Below are positions 58,675 through 64,000 of a stretch of 64,000 bases of DNA, piece after piece. Where the stretch lies: NCBI GenBank assembly GCA_026023565.1, contig JAPETS010000071.1:1-64000 (forward strand), read 5' to 3'. Position numbers and translations under genes: made by a program. Origin of the DNA: Cirrosporium novae-zelandiae (lineage: Eukaryota). The notes beneath the pieces are model-generated. The model was not told where the DNA came from and did not search any database. It saw nothing but the letters and a program-made list of their open reading frames with translations. Numbering within the stretch: position 1 is the first letter of the stretch; every line of letters starts with the position of its first letter.

Positions 58675-60380
58675 TCACTATCGACCCTCATTACCTGGAG
58701 CCCGTGGTGATTATACAGAACTCCCCTCCCACGGCTATCCCACCAAGATTTAAAAAAAGCCGTTTCCTACTAAGAGTAATTCTTTGAAAGGTTTCAGTAC
58801 CAGCCGCATAAAAATCCGATGGAAGAAGAAAAACCTCGATTTCATTCAAAAGAGCAGGAGAGGGGGCGGTTATCTAAAAATAACAAATGCACCTACATCA
58901 GCACATGACTACACTATATTACCTGCGAAAGGTTTTCCATATATGTCTGTCAAGAACCCGACTGGCCGCAGAAAAGTGAAGCTTTAAACCCCATTAAGGA
59001 AATTCATGGTTCATACCCCTTCCCGAAAGCTCCACACGGCGAACCTAAATGGAAGATGAAATGAGGAAGGGTGGAGCAAAGGAATTCAAGGAGCATGACC
59101 TACCCAAAGGACATGGTGCACATACAGCAAGCAACCAGTAGCAAGCAAGAAGAAACAACAAGCAGCAATCATCCATTCATCCGTGCACCCATCCGACGCC
59201 CTCGACCCCCTCTCCTCTCAGCTCTCTCTCCCCCAAATCTCCCACACTACACCTACAGACCCAAACTCGCCCCACCAACGAAAAACCACCATAGCTCAGA
59301 CTCGATGGTAAATCCATGCAGTTTCAGTTCCTATTCCTATACACCACCGACTCCGACCCCATTCCAACCCAATTCCAAAAATAGGTGGGGATACCACAAC
59401 ACGACATGGTACATACGACATACATACTTCTCATTTAAATCCAACAACCCCCAACATGGGGCTGCATGTTTCCTCTAAAAGGTTAATGGGAGAGAGAGAA
59501 AGAGAGAAAGAGAGAAGTGCAGGATGAAGGAAGCATATCCCACAGTACAACCCCTCCCCCCCTCATGCCTCTTTGAGATGGGATAGCGCAAGGAGAATGG
59601 AACAAGCTAGCTACACAGCACACAAAAAAAGCACCACCACTACCCACAACAAACCTAAAAATTCTCCATCCGAAGTCCTCAGAGCAATTTTCCCCTGCTC
59701 TCATAAAATCCCCAAGCAGGTCAGAATATCTAAAAAGTTTTTGTTTTGTTTTCTTGGTGGAGATGGTAAGGGGGAGTTGGATTGGTGGGAGAAGAAGAGA
59801 GGTTGTATATATAAAAAGTTCCCTAGTGGGGAGGGGGGAGGCTGTGTTGTTAGTATCGATATTGATATTGATATCCAGATGGTCATGCATGTAATTATAT
59901 AACTAGCTGTTTGTTTGTTTGTTTGCTTGCTTTGGGGGGGAAGGTATAGTTAGTCTATACTTTTACTTTCCTCGTTTTTGTAAGTTACACACGAAAGCTA
60001 AAACCGGTCCATGAGGCTGAATTACCATCCACAATAACATACAAACATACAAAACATACCTACCAGAAAGCTACAAATCTACGTTAAGTATTTAAATTCT
60101 AGTACCACACACCAAGGGAAATCAGAGCAGAGGACATAGAATTTTTTTTAAAATTATGGCTAAGGGGGAAAGAAGCTAAACCTTGTACCTATGTGTATTT
60201 TGCCACCATAAAAAAAAACAATTCCATGTAACGAACGCGTTTTTGCTGAGCCGAGGTAAGTTGAGCTATCAAGCACGACAAAACTGGGACCTAAGAAAAA
60301 AAAAGATTTTTTTTTGCTTCCGTCATGTATGATATGGTGATCAAGTAGCTAAGGATCTGGATCAAAATCATGATCCATTT

Positions 60381-63144
60381 TTAGCAATTTCCACTGACAT
60401 CGCTTTGATTTGCACAGGAAGGGTAAAAGAAGGCGGCGACGGCGATGATGACATAGGCTGCGCATAGTAGTGCCCCTTCGAGGTAGTTGCTTCGGCCATC
60501 CAGCACAAGGAAGTTGACGACGAATACGGATGCGAAGAGGGAAACCACCTGGAAAAGATTGAAGTAGAGAGACATGTCGACGTTCATGCACCAGCCGAGA
60601 AGTACAACGAGCGGTGTGACAAAGATTGCAATTTGGATGCTGCTGCCCACAGCGACACCGATGGCTAAATCCATTTTGTTCTTGCTGGCCACGGTAACCG
60701 ATGTGACGTGCTCTGCGGCGTTGCCCACAATGGGCAAGATGATTAATCCGATGAATGCTTCGCTGATATGGCTTTCTGCGACTAGGCTGTCAATGCTGTC
60801 AACCAAGAATTCGGCACAAACAGCGACAAGACCGGTTGAGATGAGCAGAAGCATGATAGCGGCAGTGCGAGACATTTGTTTGTCGGCCATCTTTGGATCT
60901 TCATCGTCTTCTTCGCTATGGGCTATGGGAATAATGTATGGTGGGCCCAATCGAGGCGTGTTGTAAGTGACATAATTCTGATTTAAACGACCCGGTAGCG
61001 AGTTTGTACGGCGTATTCCATGACGCGAAGTGCGAGTCTGTCCACCAGCTGGTGGAGTATCGGCGCTAGCTGCAGGAACCGGGTGCGTTGAAGAAAATAC
61101 AGTTTGAGTCAGTACCTTCGGAAGTGGTGGAAGGGCTGGTCGAACAGAAAGTGATCTCAACGTAAAAGGACGTCTTGACCCAGAACCAGCTTCAGCCTCA
61201 GCAGGCGCTGCTTCAACAAAGCCAACATGTGGAGATGAAACGATTGCGGCTTGGTTCTGGACCTCGGCTTGCTCAACACTTTCACCGTTTTCTTCTTTCG
61301 CAACCCCCTTCTTGTTCCTGCGCATACTCTTACGGGCACGTTTCTTGGACTTCCGTTTGCTGATCTTGCTTTCTTGGTCCTTGGATTTTATACTCGACGT
61401 TCGTCGTTCCATTTCGAAATCCCTGAAGGTCACTGAAGGGTCCAGCTCATGGTGGGCATGGCTCTCCCGTTCACCATCAGTATCAGCCTCATCACCACTA
61501 AAGACACCCGTATACTGGCTAAAGACGCCTGGTGTAGTCGCTTCCGTGGCTTTGCTGGGATCTGCTTCAGACAGGTTTTGGTTGGTTGCAGTGTGAATTG
61601 AAGGAGAACGAGTAGCAGAGGGTACTGAATGGGTATCCTTCGAGGAACTTGTGCTAGATTTGCGATGACGTTTTCGACGCAAGGCCCTTCGGATACGCTT
61701 TGTGGTAGCATGGGATCCGAGAGAAGAATCACTATCACTGGAGCTCGAGTCGCTTGATGAACCTGAAGAGCTAGATGAAAAGATGTCTGCCAAAACACCT
61801 GGATGCGATTCTTCATCGATAACAGATTGGGGGGTCCCTTCATACATATATGCATGTGACTTCAATTGGAAAACGAGATAAAGCAAGTACACAAGTAACA
61901 AAACCTACGTCATTAGAAAGAGAGTATATTTGCATTAGGATGACGACTTACGACACTTGTACCCCGACTAACTTTGAGGACTACGCGATTTGCGTCCGCC
62001 GTGTCCGTAAATGAGGCGTGAAAAGCAGTCTAAGAACCTAAACGTTAGACAAAACCAGAGAGTGGGGGTTTCGATTAGGAAAGCATACGGGTAAGACTAA
62101 ACTCATAACACTTAAACTCAATAAGCATGCACTCATCTGGGTTACTGTGCTATTGTAAATCTGATACTGTTAGTTATTATGATAATATAAGAGCGAGGGG
62201 TTCCTTATACCTGTTCACGGTAACGCAACCCTCCAAGGAGGAAGCACATGCCGAGAATGAGAAGCAGGTTGGCGAGAATCGAACCCGCCAACGAGGCTTG
62301 GACAAGAGTAACTTCATCCTGGACGAGAGCAATGCTAGATAGGCGAGGAAGAGAAAGGTTTAGTAACAACCACTAGTAAAAGCCTCAGACAAAAGGAAAT
62401 GAAAAAGGCAAAGGTAGACGCTTTTACAGCCGTCCTCACTTCAACTTTTAACATACATGCTATTTAATTGTCAGCATAAGTTCAGAGAGAATTTGACATG
62501 TTTAAAACTTACAAAATAATGAGTTCAACAGCATTACCAAATGTAACATTGAGAAATGCACCCATTGTGTCACCCATCTTGCTCGCTACGCTTTCTGTAG
62601 CATGGCTAAGCAGTCCAGCGAGAGGAACGATGGCGATAGCATTCATAGCAAACACAAGTCCAGGGTCAATCTTCTCGCTGCCCTTGTTCATAGCACCAAC
62701 GACGATACCAACCGGCACAAATACCAGAAGCACATTGATCCAGCTATAGAAAAGCGCATTTTTTGCATGTTTGAAAAATCTTTTGGCAACATTGGGCCTC
62801 TCTTCTGGCTTTATGGTGGAAGATGAATCACCATCTCCAGTTTCGATGGCAGGAAGCGGCGCCGGCGGAGAAAGAGACGATTCTGTCTTCTCTGCCACAG
62901 CATCTGCTGCTTGCTGATTGGCAGACTTAGGTCCCTCTGAATGACCTCTGGTGAGGTTATGTTTTGGGTTGGCTCCGGTGTTTGCATCGTTGCGGTTCTC
63001 TCGTGAAACTGTCACGGGTGCAGGAAGACTGTGGCAGTCTACGGCGAATGGGTTGTAGTTCGAGGCATACGCTTTGGTACGAGCCCACGAACGAATTCGG
63101 TCTAATAAAGAAGGGTCGTCAGAAGAAGATTGAGATTCCACCAT
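60381..63144 (-). CDS. Vacuolar Ca2+/H+ exchanger (CAX/VCX1 family) with a long central loop; start uncertain
   Basis: Motifs LNVTFGNAVELII, GSILANLLLILG, YLVFQLKSH, GLIILPIVGNAAEH, KNKMDLAIGVAVGSSIQIA and DGRSNYLEG. Five introns, including a pair flanking a 3-nt exon. Confidence 0.92.
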
Positions 63145-64000
63145 CGATGGTCGTGCCGGTTCTTGGCTTTGTTGGAGGAGAAGGAGGAGGCAAGAAAGCA
63201 GGGTTTGGGGGAGAGATAGATATGGGTGTTTTAAGTGCCAGAGCACCACCAACGGGAGAGGCGTTCGTTTGCAAGCTCGCCAATGCAATGGCTGGGATTA
63301 ACAAGGCATTATGGCAAGGCATGGGTGGTGTTGGGGGGGTGAGAAAGTGTGGAGCGGTTGGTGAATCCAACCAGTCCCAAGTACCCGATATTTCGGGCTA
63401 TTCCAGACAAATAAACTCTGGGGAGAGACTTACGCATCTAGAGAACTCAGTTTACCGTAACAATGCCAATAGGAAGCAATGACGAAATAGCCCTCTTCTT
63501 ATTGACAAAAGCTTCTAGAGTCAAGACTTCGAGACTCTACCGCGTACTTAAAGTAGAAGCTTGTGTGAAGCAAGAAGCTTAAGAAGGTTTTATGACGGAA
63601 AGGCTCGTTATCGTTATCGTTGTTGTCGTCGCCGTTGAGGTTGTCGTTTGTCGTATTTCGTTGGCCAAACGCAAAAAAAAGAAAGAAAGAGGGAGTCTTG
63701 GTGGTTGTCTTTATGCCTTGGCTGCCTTGGGTCTATTCAAGAATCAGTGAATGACTTGTTCCGCCAGCAAGTTTGGACCATAGAAGATGGCCCAATTACC
63801 GTTTACTGTACACAGAGAAATGTTGTAATTAGTTTGTCTGGTTTGTCTTGGCGCTTATTTGAGAATGGGGCTTGACGGGGCTTGACTGGGCTGGAAGGGC
63901 TGGAAGGGGCTGATGTCAATTTCCAAAGAGTCGGACAGTGAAATGTAATGGTCGGTGATTGGGATAATGCCTGGAACGATTGGCAAACGAGAGAAAAAGA

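Overview
Intron-containing genomic DNA from a filamentous ascomycete, inferred from gene content and RIP-like mutation. Bases 1-12.65 kb are an AT-rich, heavily C-to-T mutated transposon block: a chromodomain Ty3/Gypsy element on the minus strand and a near-full-length Tad1/I-like LINE with RNase H on the plus strand. The rest is genic: an indoleamine 2,3-dioxygenase, an F-box orphan, a secreted orphan, INO80 subunit Ies4, RanBPM/Gid1, a GH5 exo-beta-1,3-glucanase, an aldehyde dehydrogenase, a protein with three Cys/His-rich repeats, an MFS transporter, an APH/AIM9-like kinase, a conserved hypothetical protein, MDM12, a Zn2Cys6 transcription factor and a Ca2+/H+ exchanger. A decayed accessory island at about 43-51.7 kb holds pseudogene pieces resembling a fungal NLR (alpha/beta-hydrolase fragment, ankyrin-SPRY fragment), an unknown gene, a DUF6594-like gene and small transposon remnants. 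The most notable items are the triple exon-duplicated zinc-finger-like repeat protein, an NLR-like locus that a single inversion would make colinear, strand-symmetric C-rich to G-rich switches inside genes, a 3-nt microexon, and a solo LTR that largely escaped the mutation that wrecked its parent family. All family calls come from manual motif reading; no database searches were run, and intron boundaries are hand predictions.
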